A stretch of DNA of 63,363 bases, filler included, from Peribolospora baueri (GCA_029717555.1; 17 parts of 17 records of this genome joined end to end with filler, not necessarily neighbours in it), one strand, 5' to 3'. Shown: positions 11,660 to 24,619, counted from the whole stretch's first letter. Numbers and translations are program-made. The notes: generated by a model not told the origin, from the sequence alone.

Positions 11660-12203
11660 TCGAGGCACAGGTCCGGCAGAGTGCTCAAAGACAGCCAGTG
11701 AGTTTGCCGTCTCATTCTTAAGGTCACTCTCGTTAGGCTTGTCTGATACTCACTCATTCCCGTACTTCACTTTATTTTACAGTACGACCCATGTCCAGCC
11801 AACATGGCAGAGACAGAGCTAGGGTATTTGCGTGAGGTCGCACTCAACTCATGCAAGGATTGGCAACCCGCTTTACCTTCATTGAGTACGAGAATTTTCA
11901 CTATCAATGCATCGTCCATGACATCAACGGCAGTCGTGTGCGATATGGACGATGCATTGATAGTGAAAGTTCTCGTACTCAATGAAGGTAAAGCGGGTTG
12001 CCAAATCCTTGCATGAGTTGAGTGCGACCTCACGCAAATACCCTAGCTCTGTCTCTGCCATGTTGGCTGGACATGGGTCGTACTGTAAAATAAAGTGAAG
12101 TACGGGAATGAGTGAGTATCAGACAAGCCTAACGAGAGTGACCTTAAGAATGAGACGGCAAACTCACTGGCTGTCTTTGAAAAATGCCGGATCTGTGCCT
12201 CGA
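11660..12203. repeat. Long near-perfect inverted repeat (core arms 11685-11919 and 11945-12180, 25-nt spacer)
   Basis: TCAAAGACAGCCAGTGAG...GCATCGTCCAT mirrored by ATGGACGATGC...CTCACTGGCTGTCTTTGA. A further ~19-nt match lies outside the core arms. Confidence 0.95.
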
Positions 12204-12996
12204 GTCCTGGCCAATATCTGCGTCGGGCTGGGCAAGCTCACTTTGACGAACAGTTATGAGGGATTCCAAGAATGCAGCACGGCAGTTACGGATTTTTTTC
12301 GGTCTGCTGAGCGATGGGCCCCTGGATGTGGGAGCGAACAACGTCAGACACGAGGGAGGGGGACAATTTGACGGCGTTAGCGATGGCCGGAGGCCAGTCG
12401 CCTCTAGCTCGTCAACCGAGGCCTTGGCACGATAGGCTCTCCCGACGGCGCCGCGGTAAGTGGCGACGTGTTCGTAATAGAATATGATATGACGGAACGT
12501 GGGAGGCTCTTCCTTCAGGGATACGGCTCGGCCGTTCACCTGGCCTTCCCCTTGAAGAGGTCGAGCATCGGAAGGGTGGGTGGGGAGGGAGGAGTCGATC
12601 ATGCGAGGAGACTGGGCGGCCACGGCCTGCTCGAGGCGTGAAAAGTGAAGCCGTTCGTTCCCTAGGGGAGTGAGCGCGGCCTCCTTCGCCCTTTTTCCTT
12701 CTCTTTTCCTTTCGTGGCATGACATTCGTCCCTGCTCTCCGTTTCTGTCTTTCTATACCTTTGTCTTTCTGTCTCTGTCGCGTCGCCCCTCTTTCTGTCT
12801 CTCTGCATTTGTCTGTCCGTCTCTGTCCGTTTCCTTCCGTTCATTCTCCCTCACCGGCTCGCACGCGTCGCTCGCTCCTCTGTATTTCGCCATATCTACC
12901 TCCGTATGCAATCGAACCCTGCCGTCCGTCCATCTTGCCCGTGTAAATCTCTGGTGTTAAATGAATGGGATTCCTTCTCTGGCCAAGGCCGCGCTG

Positions 12997-14804
12997 CTAG
13001 GTACATGTACTATTCGACGCGACCAGAGTAAAGGACGGGAAAGCGAAGTGACAATTCTTCCGGGAGAACCTTAGGAGCTGATCGAGCGCCGCGGCGTGTT
13101 GTGGAAGTGTTGGGATAGGTGATCCAGCCCGTCGATATAGAGCCTCGTTCCATCGATGAGAGCCTAGGACCCCGTCGATGAATCTCGAGAACTCTGCGGG
13201 TGCAGTCTTCAATTCGAAAGGCGTTGTACTGGATTGGAAAAGGCCTCGATGGGTAGGCTGTCTTCCATCGATCTGTCATTCGCGTGAGGATTTGATAGCA
13301 TCGAAGGCGTAAGCACACTTCTCGGGTATGAAGGTGTCGAGTTGAGAGGACGTGATTATGTCCAGTCCGGCTCACCAGTGCATGCCATCAGCTGCGCTAT
13401 GTCAACAGACCTGGCAGCATTCGACATCTGCACAACAGGTATATCCCGGAGGACACCCGCTAGTACAGTCTCCAGCCAAACACCCTGACGTACGGGGGTG
13501 GAGGTCCAACTTGACTTGCGCAAGCGCAATCGCGGCCAGACTCAAAACCATGAACGAATAGTATCGAAAATCCATTGTAGCGACGCTGGCGTGTCACCGA
13601 GACTGTTCAGACCGATAGGCCTTGAAATAATGTTTGAGAATGTTAAGCGGCGTAGAGCGGTGACGGATTGGTCAGTCAGGGCGGAGTGGCGATACCAACC
13701 GGGGATGCGAGCGGACGGGCGACTTAAGTACCATGGGTTCCGGGCGAGTCCCGCACTCGACGAACACAGCCACAGTTCGAACCAGCGCGCCATGTCAGGT
13801 CGGGAGAGCCAATCAGAGCCGTTCCATCGCAGCCCGGCGGCCTGCTTGATAAACTTAATCTCGGACGTGTGCGTCGAAGGAGAGCATGAGTACGTTGGGG
13901 AGGTAGATGGCCCTGCAGTTGATGTCGAGCACGCGCGCCGTCTGCTGAATACGGGGTCTGGAGGCGGCACTACCGCCACCCGAAAGGGAACGGTCTGTTC
14001 GACGCTCCCACGCCACCGTATCGAAACGTGTGGAAGTAGTCGGCCCACCCTCCGCTCTTCTCCTCCCCCGGCGCCGTGTTCACGCTCTGGTGGCCCGATC
14101 CGCCACCGGACCAGCCGCTAAAGGGATGCCGGGCAAAATTGCTAATGCTCTGGGTCGCCACGTGGCCGAAGCCACGGGAGCGGTGAGGGTGCTCTGCACC
14201 GACGATGCCCGACGCGTCGATGGAGGAAGCCGTGGCCCGTTTGGCGTGTCCCGCGTACCAAGGCCGCCTGGGCGTACTCGCTCCCTACAATGTAAACGCT
14301 ACGAGAGCTGGAACACCGGCGAGGAAGAGGGGCGCAAGGGCATGAGGCAGAAGCGGTCACAGCAGAGATATGAGACGTAGGCGGCCGGCGTTGTCGGCGG
14401 AGAAGGCTGGACGAAAAACGCGTGTAGGGTGCGAAGAATGCGGAGATACGAGTCGGGCCGCTCCATTTCTGGTCCGCACAATCGCCGCCTGTACTGTTCC
14501 TTGTCGACTTTGTAAGCGCAGGATAGATGTCGTTGCAATGGCTGCCCTCGAGCGCTTCTACCTGCTGGCCTGGAGAGCTGCCATTGAGTGAAGCAGGATC
14601 AAGACACACAGGGGCGGCGACGGACAGCTCGCCGGCGTGGAGCTCGTGGCCCCGGGCAAGGGCTGTGTCGATGTATCGCAGCGGCAAGTCACGCACATGC
14701 AACTTATCCATCTTAGTGGGCATCAGTGCAGCTGGATAACGCATCCGAGGCGCCGCAGCTGGCACAGCCGGGCGATCCGGGGGCAAAGGGTTGAAGGTGA
14801 CCAT
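12997..14804 (-). mobile_element. Degenerate Ty3/Gypsy LTR-retrotransposon remnant (RT region ~13000-13400; upstream boundary uncertain)
   Basis: Frameshifted RT motifs DRWKTA, THRGLFQ, PFELKTAPAEFSRFIDGVLGSHRWNEALY..PTLPQHAAALDQLL. Confidence 0.65.
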
Positions 14805-15024
14805 ATGGCCTGTTCGTTCATTCGTCTATTCCTCCTACTGCTCACAGCCTCCGATAGGGTGCTACGCCGCTCCGGTATGGGCTCCAGGGCTTGTGCGCGA
14901 GGTTACGTGAAAGAATAAAAGGGCGACCGTGTGGGAGAAGAAGGTCAAAAAAGTCAGACTTTTTTGCGCCGAGGTCCAGCCATCAAGAAGACACTCCCTT
15001 TTTCTCGTCCTTCCTTAGCAGGAC

Positions 15025-15602
15025 ATGGTTTCCCTTTTGCAACTTGTTGTGCTCGCGCTGAGCATCTCTGCCACGGCTGTCGTCGGCGGGCGTCGCCATT
15101 TGACTCGTGGCGCGGCTTGCGCGGGAGGCTACAAGGACCTCTGCTCGCCGTCGAACGGGACGGTGATCTACACCGACCAGCCGTTCACCTTCCTCGCGGC
15201 GGCTTACCCGGAGACGAAGGCGGTGATGGCACAACTCCAACAGCCTGGCAGCCGGACAACTAGGTGGATTAACTTCGGGAACGGGACGGACTTGATGCTG
15301 TTCAACAAGGGGAACTACCCGCACGCGTTCGTGGCCAATATCACGCTCGGCTGCGACTACCTGTACCCGGGCGAAAGCGGCAAGACGTTCCAGTTCACAT
15401 TGAGCCAGCAAAACGGCACGGGATGCGCACCCGGAAATGAAGGCTTTTGCGATTCGGCCGGTGAGTGGACTTTGCCATGGCTTCTATGGTGGCTATGCCG
15501 CTGACTCAAAGCTTTCCTCTCCCGGTAGCGCCTGATGTGGCGTACTACACTCCGGCCAATCAGCCCGGCCTCGTCACCGTGGTTAGCGGTCCGAGTTGTT
15601 AG
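15025..15602 (+). CDS. Small secreted cysteine-containing protein (2 exons)
   Basis: Signal MVSLLQLVVLALSISATA; intron 15461-15528 (GTGAGT..CTGAC..TAG); last exon APDVAYYTPANQPGLVTVVSGPSC*; 6 Cys. Confidence 0.75.
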
Positions 15603-15733
15603 GGGGGTTAGGGTTTGTATAGGCAACGGAGGCNNNNNNNNNNNNNNNNNNNNNNNNNNNNNNNNNNNNNNNNNNNNTTAATTAATTAANNNNNNNNNNN
15701 NNNNNNNNNNNNNNNNNNNNNNNNNNNNNNNNN

Positions 15734-17140
15734 ACGGGCGAGGCGATCGGTAGACCGCTCGAAGGTCACACGGGTTGGGTCCTCTCGGTCGCCTTCTCCC
15801 CAGATGGGAAGCGAATCGTCTCTGGTTCGTTTGACAACACCCTCCGGATGTGGGACGCGTGGACGGGCGAGGCGATCGGTAGACCGCTCGAAGGTCACAC
15901 GGGTTGGGTCCTCTCGGTCGCCTTCTCCCCAGACGGGAAGCGAATCGTCTCTGGTTCGTATGACAACACCCTCCGGATGTGGGACGCGTCGACGGGCGAG
16001 GCGATCGGTAGACCGCTCGAAGGTCACACGGGTCCGGTCGAGTCGGTCGCCTTCTCCCCAGATGGGAAGCGAATCGTCTCTGGTTCGGACGACAACACCC
16101 TCCGGATGTGGGACGCGTCGACGGGCGAGGCGATCGGTAGACCGCTCGAAGGTCACACGGGTCCAGTCGAGTCGGTCGCCTTCTCCCCAGATGGGAAGCG
16201 AATCGTCTCTGGTTCGGACGACAACACCCTCCGGATATGGGACGCGTCGACGGGCGAGGCGATCGGTAGACCGCTCGAAGGTCGCACGGATCTGGTCCGC
16301 TCGGCCGCCTTCTCCCCAGATGGGAAGCGAATCGTCTCAGGTTCGTGGGACAACACCCTCCGGATGTGGGACGCGTCGACGGGCGAGGCGATCGGTAGAC
16401 CGCTCGAAGGTCACACGGATCTGGTCCTCGCGGTCGCCTTCTCCCCAGATGGGAAGCGAATCGTCTCAGGTTCGTGGGACTACACCCTCCGGATGTCGGA
16501 CGCGTCGACGGGCGAGGCGATCGGTAGACCGCTCGAAGGTCGCACGGATCTGGTCCGCTCGGCCGCCTTCTCCCCAGATGGGAAGCGAATTGTCTGAGGT
16601 TCGTGGGACAACACCCTCCGGATGTGGGACGCGTCGACGGGCGAGGCGATCGGTGGACCGCTCGAAGGTCACACGGCTCCGGTCGAGTCGGTCGCCTTCT
16701 CCCCAGATGGGAAGCGAATTGTCTCTGTTTCGTATGACAACACCCTCCGGATGTGGGATGCGTCGACGGGCGAGGCGATCGGTAGACCGCTCGAAGGTCA
16801 CACGAGTTGGGTCAACTCGGTCGCCTTCTCCCCAGACGGGAAGCGAATCGTCTCGAGGTCGGTGGAAGAAGTCCGAGTGTGGAAGGTGGCTAATGATGCT
16901 GCTATTCCGTCTGGTAGCGAAGGCATGGAAAGCCAAGAACTTGCTGAAATGTCGCAGCAGAAGTTGCTATTGTTCGACGAGGATGGTTGGGTGAAGGACG
17001 AATGGGGCAGGAGACAATGGTGGATGCCATTTGAAAACAGAGGGGTTCCTCAATCATTGCACAGCGGCCGATTGGTCATCGGAAGTGTCGCTGGCTTTGT
17101 GACTATCGTGGATGGCCGGAAAGCATTGGGTATAGTTTAG
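15734..17140 (+). pseudogene. C-terminal WD40 sensor region of a HET-E-like (NWD) NLR; 9 highly conserved 129-nt repeats; internal stop at 16595
   Basis: 43-aa unit TGEAIGRPLEGHTxxVxSVAFSPDGKRIVSGSxDNTLRMWDAS. TGA replaces the Ser codon in unit 7. Typical NWD tail DGWVKDEWGRRQWWMP..RLVIGS..G.VTIVD. Confidence 0.88.
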
Positions 17141-17175
17141 ACGTGGCAAACTAGGTGTCTCAGAATGAGTGTCAG

Positions 17176-17797
17176 GAATCGACCTCGGGATCTCCCGATA
17201 CCGGAACCTTCCGAACTGGCGATTGTCCAAGGTATAACCCGCGCCTTCCTATAGTTTTCTTCAGCCACCCGTCCTAGCTGCCTGGAATTCAGCCATGACT
17301 GGCCATCTTTCCTGGGGTAGGTCCCGCGCGGCCTAGACCTCTCTCCCGTCCAACCTTGAGTCCCGACAGGTGTGCGGCCGATGCACGATGCATCCGTCTC
17401 CTCGTCTTAGCGCTCGAGCGCGATGACGGCTCGAACGCGATCAAACCCTGGTCGAGCTTACAGCGGTCCGAGAGGAGCCCTTCTTCTGTGCTTTGCGACC
17501 TGTCTCACTTGGCCCTCGCCTTAGGGTTAGGGTTTTTGTTGTCAACTGGGGGTGGCCATGAAGTTGCTGTGAACAAAAACGAAGCCTCAAGAGAAGAAAG
17601 AGCAAGCTGCGACAGAAAGCTTTTGCTGTTTCGCCCGAGGGCTCGTCAGGCAGCAACGATCAGCTCTCTCCCTTGTGGTGATCGCGAAAAATTTCACCGT
17701 GGGAATACCGGGTCACGTCGTGATAGAAGTGAGCGCCGTGTCACGTGATTGAACAGGTAACGTACCTGCGGTGAGTCGCGTGGCTAGTTCATTAGGA
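17176..17797. repeat. Duplicate of 1..633
   Basis: Direct sequence match. Confidence 0.95.
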
Positions 17798-17799
17798 TT

Positions 17800-18019
17800 T
17801 TGCCATGCTCGCGAGGACACTCGATCCCATGCTCGTCCGCGATGCCCTCTTCGTTGCCGTGCTTCAGGAACCGTCCGGTTTCCCTTTCCACCACGCCGTA
17901 GTCGCCACCTCGATCTGTCTCCAAGGCTCGAAGCTTGCCAGCATGGCGTAGATTCGAAACAACAGGTCGGCGTACTTGCGACCCTCGGTGGGTTTGTCGA
18001 ACAGCCTAGAGAGCATCAT
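17800..18019 (-). pseudogene. 5' remnant of the gasdermin-like gene (second copy)
   Basis: Matches 3863-4089 with 1-nt and 6-nt deletions. The rest of the gene is absent because 634-3862 is missing here. Confidence 0.8.
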
Positions 18020-18723
18020 TGTCGTTGGATGTGCTGGAGGGTTAGTTGATAGGGAGATGGAAGTGGGAGGTGGCCGTCTGTGGCGCTCAAATACTCGGAA
18101 CAGTACTGCCGCCGCCCGGCTGTGCTTTCCACCGGCACCGCCTCGTGGCAGGTTGGCGCAGGCCGTCTAGAGGTTTTATGGGCACGACGGCTCAGTGCGT
18201 TCGGAGCAACGCCGAGCTCGTCTCATGAGCTTCACCTTGAAATGCGGAGCGGAGCTGCCTCATTAACCACTGGGACAGCCAAATATCGAAAAGAAGTTAA
18301 TGGACCCCACCTAACACAGTAAAACTGCCCTTGATCCTGTTCAAGCTCTTGGCAAAGGTAAGTACTTTTCTGAGGTCAGTTAAGGTGCTTCACTTGCCTC
18401 TAGTCGATTCCCAATATACTCTATACCGGACCTAGAGCAGTACAATATCAAGCTACAGGAAAGACGTATAGGGTCGTCCCGTCTAGCTGAAGGTAATTCG
18501 TACCTGCACGGATAATTCAAATTCACTAAGATAGGTGCGGTGACAGCGGAAGCATCGTTACTTCACTCATGCGGGGCCACAGTTCATGGTCACCTTATAA
18601 AATCGAGGACCGACCCGATCCAATCTGCTCAAAAGCCTTCGCATTTCTCTCCGAGCACACTGCCAGGGCCTCAAATACAAGGTTGGCACCCCTGCGTAAA
18701 CCGCTTCGAGCGCCCGGGGGGAC

Positions 18724-19969
18724 ATGGACGACCTCGATGCTTCCATCTCGAAACTAAAGAGAGCGGTAGACCTCACACCCCATGGACATTCTGACCGGCC
18801 TCGGCGCCTAAGCAACCTCGGCAATTCGCTGCGAAGGCGCTTCGGTCGCCTCGGGGACATGGACGACCTCGACGCTTCCATCTCGAATCTAAAGCAAGCG
18901 GTAGACCTCACTCCGCATGGACATTCTGGCCGGCCTGGGCGCCTCAACAACCTCGGCGGTTCGCTGCTAAGGCGCTTCGAACGCCTCGGGGTCATGGACG
19001 ACCTCGACGCTTCCATCTCGAATCTAAAGCAAGCGGTAGACCTCACTGCCCATGGACATCCTGACCGGCCTCGGCGCCTCAGCAACCTCGGCATTTCGCT
19101 GCAAACGCGCTTCGAGCGCCTCGGGGACATGGACGACCTCGACGCTTCCATCTCGAATCTAAAGCAAGCGGTAGACCTCACTCCCCATGGACATTCTGAC
19201 CGGCCTGGGTGCCTCAGCGGCCTCGGCAATTCGCAGCGAATGCGCTTCGGTCGCCTCGGGAACATGGACGACCTCGATGCTTCCATCTCAAACTTGAAGC
19301 GAGCGCTGGAACTCACGCCCGATGGCCATCCTGACCGGCCTGGGCGCCTCAGCAACCTCGGCGTTTCGCTACGAATGCACTTCGAGCGCCTCGGGGACAT
19401 GGACGACCTCGACGCTTCCATCTCGAATCTAAAGCAAGCGGTAGACCTCACTCCGCATGGACATTCTAACCGGCCTGGGCGCCTCAGCAACCTCGGCGAT
19501 TCGCTGCAAAGGCGCTTCGGTCGCCTCGGGGACATGGACGACCTCGACGCTTCCATCTCGAATCTAACGCAAGCGGTAGACCTCACTCCCCATGGACATT
19601 CTAACCGGCCTGGGCGCCTCAGCAACCTGGGAGTTTCGTTGCTAAGGCGCTTCGGTCGCCTCGGGGACATGGACGCTCTCGACGCTTCCATCTCGAATCT
19701 AAAGCAAGCGGTAGACCTCACTCCCCATGGACATTCTGACCGGCCTGGGCACCTCACCAACCTCGGCGATTCGCTGCAAACGCGCTTCGGTCGCCTCGGG
19801 GACATGGACGACCTCGACGCTTCCATCTCGAATCTAAAGCAAGCGGTAGACCTCACTCCCCATGGACATTCTGACCGGCCTGTGCGCCTCAGCAACTTTG
19901 GCAATTCGCTGCAAATGCGCTTCGAGCGCCTCGGGGACATGGACGACCTCGACGCTTCCATCTCGAATC
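18724..19969 (+). CDS. TPR array of a TPR-CHAT gene, at least 9 x 135-nt units, runs off contig end
   Basis: ATG GAC GAC CTC recurs every 135 nt (18724, 18859...). Open frame to the gap. Confidence 0.88.
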
Positions 19970-20196
19970 NNNNNNNNNNNNNNNNNNNNNNNNNNNNNNN
20001 NNNNNNNNNNNNNTTAATTAATTAANNNNNNNNNNNNNNNNNNNNNNNNNNNNNNNNNNNNNNNNNNNNTTTTTTTTCTTTTCTTTTCTTCTTTCTCTTC
20101 TTTTTTTATTTCTCTATTTCTTTATTTCTTTCTTTCTCTTCGTTTCCCACCTCGTCATTATTTTCTTTTCTTTTCTATCCCTCCTCTCTTCTTCAG

Positions 20197-23100
20197 GTCG
20201 GTTCCCATTACCCCCTCTCCCTCGCAAACCCACACCTCGCCCACGACCGCCTCCTCTCCCACGGCAAGCACCTCGATATCCCCGCCGGCACCGCCGTCCG
20301 TTTCGAGCCCGGCGAGTCCAAGTCCGTCCGACTCGTCTCCATCGGCGGCGCCCGCGTCGTCCGCGGCGGCACCGCCGACATCGCTTACGGCCACGGACGG
20401 CTGGACGAATTTTGGAGGGAGGACGAAGACGGCAAGCGAATCAGGAACACGTTCGTCGACGACCTACTCTCCAAAGGCTTTCGACACGTCCCCGAGCCGT
20501 CCGCTTGGACTCCCCTCGACGATGCCACCGTCGTCAGCCGGCAGACTTGGAACGCCCTCTATGGCCCCACCGTCGGCGACAGGGTCCGCCTGGGCGATAG
20601 CACGCTATGGATCGGTGCGTCGCGTCGCGTCGAGTCAGTCGAATAGGGACCCCTACCGCCGCTCACCCTTCCGTTCATCATCCACTTTATTACAGAGGTG
20701 GAGAAAGACTACACGTGTCCGGGGGACGAGTGCGTGTTCGGCGGCGGAAAGGTCCTTCGCGACGGCATGGGTCAAGCCTGCGGAAGAGCGGACAAGGAGT
20801 GTTTGGATCTTGTGGTCACCAATGCGCTCGTCGTTGATTGGAGCGGAATTTACAAGGTGGGCCTCGGCTGGGAAGAGGAGGAGGACTCACTCTTCGCCAA
20901 CTCCTTTTCTTTGTCTGCTTTTCGCTTCTCGCTTCTCTTCGCCCGCGGCGGCAGGCAGACGTCGGCATCGTCGCCGGAAAGATTAGCGGCATCGGCAAAG
21001 CGGGCAACCCGGACGTCATGGACGGCGTCACGGAAGGCATGGTCGTCGGCAGTAACACCGAAGGTGCGTCCCGTCTTCCCGTCCTCTTCTTGTATCTCCC
21101 CCAGGCCCTGACGCTCCCGCCACCACCGTCCTTTGTTGCTCCGCCGTGCTCAGTTGTCGCAGGCGAGCACCTCATCCTCACCGCCGGAGGCATCGACGCT
21201 CACGTCCATTACATCTGTCCAGATCTCTGCGAAGAGGTCGGTCTTTCTCCTTTTCTTACCGCCCGCGCCGGCCATCCGGAATGTCGTGTCTCACTCTCCT
21301 TCCTCATTCGATATCATGATCCCCCACCCGCCCGAACGTAGGCGTTGGCATCAGGTCTGACGACTCTCATCGGAGGCGGCACGGGTCCCGTGGCGGGAAC
21401 GAACGCGACGACGTGCACGCCCTCGGCCTTTTTCTTCCGTCAGATGCTCCAGGCCACCGATGGCATCCCTCTCAACTTTGCCTTTACGGGTAAGGGCAAC
21501 GACTCTGGTGGCGACGCGGGCCAGAGGTGGGAGGAGAGGCAAAAGGGTCTCGTGGATCAGGTCAAGGCTGGTGCCGCAGGGCTCAAGATCCACGAGGTGA
21601 GTCAGTCCGCTACGACGGAGGGCGACGCTCACTCCTTTTCGAAAGCACACGCTCGTCTTTTTTGTTCCTTCCGTTCACGTCCCCCGTCCGCTTTGGCCGG
21701 TTCGCCTCCGTTCGTTCTCGACCTCGCTCGCATCGTATCGGCTCTCTTTCCCAGGACTGGGGTTCCACGCCGGCGGCGATCGACGCTTGCTTGAGCGTGT
21801 GCGACAAATACGATATCCAGGTGAGCTCGAGCCGCGCCGCGTTGGAGCAGCGATCATCTCACCTCGGCTTGCAGACGCTGCCAATCGACGACCGACGACT
21901 TGTTTGACACGTCGCCGTCTCGCCAACTTGTTTCCTCGCTTGCGCTCACAGTGCAATATCCATACCGACACCTGTAAGTCAGATCTCCGTTGACCCTCGC
22001 CGCCGATGACGATGGCCGAGTAGGGCAGGCACCTACATTCGCGTACGCTCGCTCACGGTGCGGCTTTTTATGTCCCCTTTTGGTCAGTGAACGAGTCCGG
22101 GTTCGTAGAGAGTGGGTACGGCGCATGCTGGACGACGCCCACGCTCGTCGTCAGCCTCTGACCAGTGTCGTGTCGTCTCCCATACAATCACTCTTCCACG
22201 CGTTCAGCCACGATCGCCGCGTTCAAGGGTAGGACGATCCATACGTACCACTCGGAAGGCGCTGGTGGAGGACACGCACCTGACATCATCGTGCGTAGAC
22301 TCGCCGGCGTGGCCCACAGGCGCACCCTTCTTTTCCATATCCACGTCGATCGTCCCGCTGAACCATTCGCTTTTTGTGACTGCCACGCCCGTTCGTAGAC
22401 CGTTTGCGGCCAGGAGAACGTCCTCCCTTCGTCCACCAATCCCACGCGCCCGTACGCCAAGAACACGCTGGACGAGCACCTCGACGTGAGATGATATCTT
22501 TATTTTCCCTTTTCGTCTTGTTTGCTCGAAATCGCGGGACGACGCGCAAGGGCGGTTCACGTCTCACGAGGTCGGTTGAGTGACTGGTTCGCTTGCTTGA
22601 CTCCAGATGCTTATGGTCTGCCATCACTTGGACAAGAGTGCGTCCCTCTTCCTTCTCTCCTCGACGCTGGCCCGTCGTAACGTCCGCCGGCTCCCTCCTC
22701 ATCATGTTCTTGTTCTGCTGCGACGACGCTCTCCGTTCTCCCCTCCCCGGCGCTTGCTCCCTCTCCCATCAGGTATTCCCGAGGACGTCGCGTTTGCGGA
22801 CTCGCGCATTCGGAAGGAAACCGTGGCCGCTGAAGATGTGCTGCAAGACATCGGTGAGCTAGCCTCTCCGCTCGTTCGTCCGTCCGTCCATCCGCCCGTT
22901 CGGTTGCACATCTTCGTCTCGTTCCGTACGTGCCATGGATCGTCTTGTCGACTGACCGGTTCTTGCAACGTGGTGCGGTGCACCTCAGGTGCTATCAGTA
23001 TGGTGTCCTCGGACTCGCAGGCGATGGGACGCATCGGTGAGCGATCGTGCCGCGTTTGTTTGCAGACAGACTAGGCTGGCAAGCGAGCGAGCACGACGGT

Positions 23101-23778
23101 CGGTCCCTCCCTGACAGACCTTCTGACCCTCACACGTTGCTCGGCGCGGCGCTCTATCAGGCGAAGTCGTCGCCAGGACGTGGAGGACGGCGGCGAAGAT
23201 GCGCGAGGTGCGTGGACCGCTCAGTGCGGATAAGGAGGGCAAGGACAACGGGCGCGTCAAGCGGTATATCGCAAAGTACACGATCAACCCGTGAGTCCGC
23301 GCATGCAGTCGTCTTCATCTCCCTCTTTCCGTGCCTGTCCACCCGATTCCGATTAGGGCCTATGAGATTTCATACTGGCCCCGTCGTTCTCTCTTCCTCA
23401 CCGATCAAACTCGTAGGGCGATCGTGCACGGCATATCTCACGTCGTCGGTGACATCTCGGTAGGAAAGCTGGCCGATATGGTGCTCTGGTCGCCCGCCAA
23501 CTTTGGCGTGAAGCCGGAGATGGTGATCAAGGGCGGTACCGTGGCTTGGGCTCAGGTGAGTCGGGCGGACGGGAGGGGGTGCGGTGAGGAAGTAGGGCGG
23601 CACGCGTTCGGCTCAACCCCGCGCCTTTGTTTCGGCTCTGCCGACGTCTAGGTGGGCGACGCAAACGCCTCCATCCCCACCGTCCAACCCATTTACGGCC
23701 GCAAGATGTGGGGCTGTTCGCCCGAGGTGGCCGCCACCAACTCTTTTGCCTTTGTCAGCCAGCTGTCCATCGTCAGCG
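20197..23778 (+). CDS. URE1: Urease (beta and alpha domains), many short exons, partial at both ends
   Basis: [79 protein letters not shown]. Confidence 0.96.
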
Positions 23779-23825
23779 GTGCGTCCTCGTCTCCGGAGCT
23801 TCGTCTATAAGCAGCGCTTTGTCTG

Positions 23826-23860
<35 letters not shown>

Positions 23861-24619
23861 NNNNNNNNNNNNNNNNNNNNNNNNNNNNNNNNNNNNNNNN
23901 NNNNTTAATTAATTAANNNNNNNNNNNNNNNNNNNNNNNNNNNNNNNNNNNNNNNNNNNNTTTGACGTGTACGAGCTGACTTCCGAGGATCGAACTGCAG
24001 CGCTTGCAAGGACGGCGGCAGGATGGCCATCCGACCCTCCGATGATGACGGGAGCGACCACTCCGAGTCGTACCTTGCCAATGAAAGCTCAGCTAGAAAG
24101 AGCGGGGAGTGGTTTTGATGAGAGCGCACGAAGTACTTTCACAGAGCGGCGGCGACCTTTCGTATCCTCAGGCCGAGCAAAGAACGCGCTGATCGGCGAC
24201 CCTGGAGGGAGCAACTGGAAGACAGTAATAGAAGTGCACAATAGACACTTTTCGGTTTCCCATCTCAACTTCAGTAGCCAGATACGCCCCAAGTCCCGCT
24301 TACAGAGTCCAATCTTGGCTGCGGAGCAAGGCAGCTGTGTCGCTCACCAAGTGTTTGCTGTGGCCGGCAACGTAAATCGACGACACAAAAGGGATGACAC
24401 GATAGGCTGGCTCCGCCCGAAAAAGAGGATACTTCACGTATAGTTTCTGAGGATCCAACTCATGACACATATAGATATTATGTATCACTACCCCGAACGG
24501 GAAGGTTCCTGCTGATAGCCCAGTTTCACTATATTATACTCGGAGCACAGGCACAGGTACAGGCACAGGAACGACGGTACCGCCTCTCTTGGCTACGGGA
24601 AAAGTAAGTGGAGAGAAAG

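Noticed and set aside
18567..19961. Long antisense or alternate-frame ORFs over repeat genes (also 15804-16994, 52696-53772)
   Set aside because: Shadows of GC-rich or repetitive coding sequence with no independent motifs.
15734..19969. CRISPR-like repeat/spacer arrays
   Set aside because: Periods of 129 and 135 nt are in-frame WD40 and TPR coding units with no unique spacers; eukaryotic context, no cas genes.
23827..23860. Poly-C, poly-T and poly-A runs at contig ends (also 51420, 54361, 60516)
   Set aside because: Homopolymers where assembly broke; lengths unreliable.
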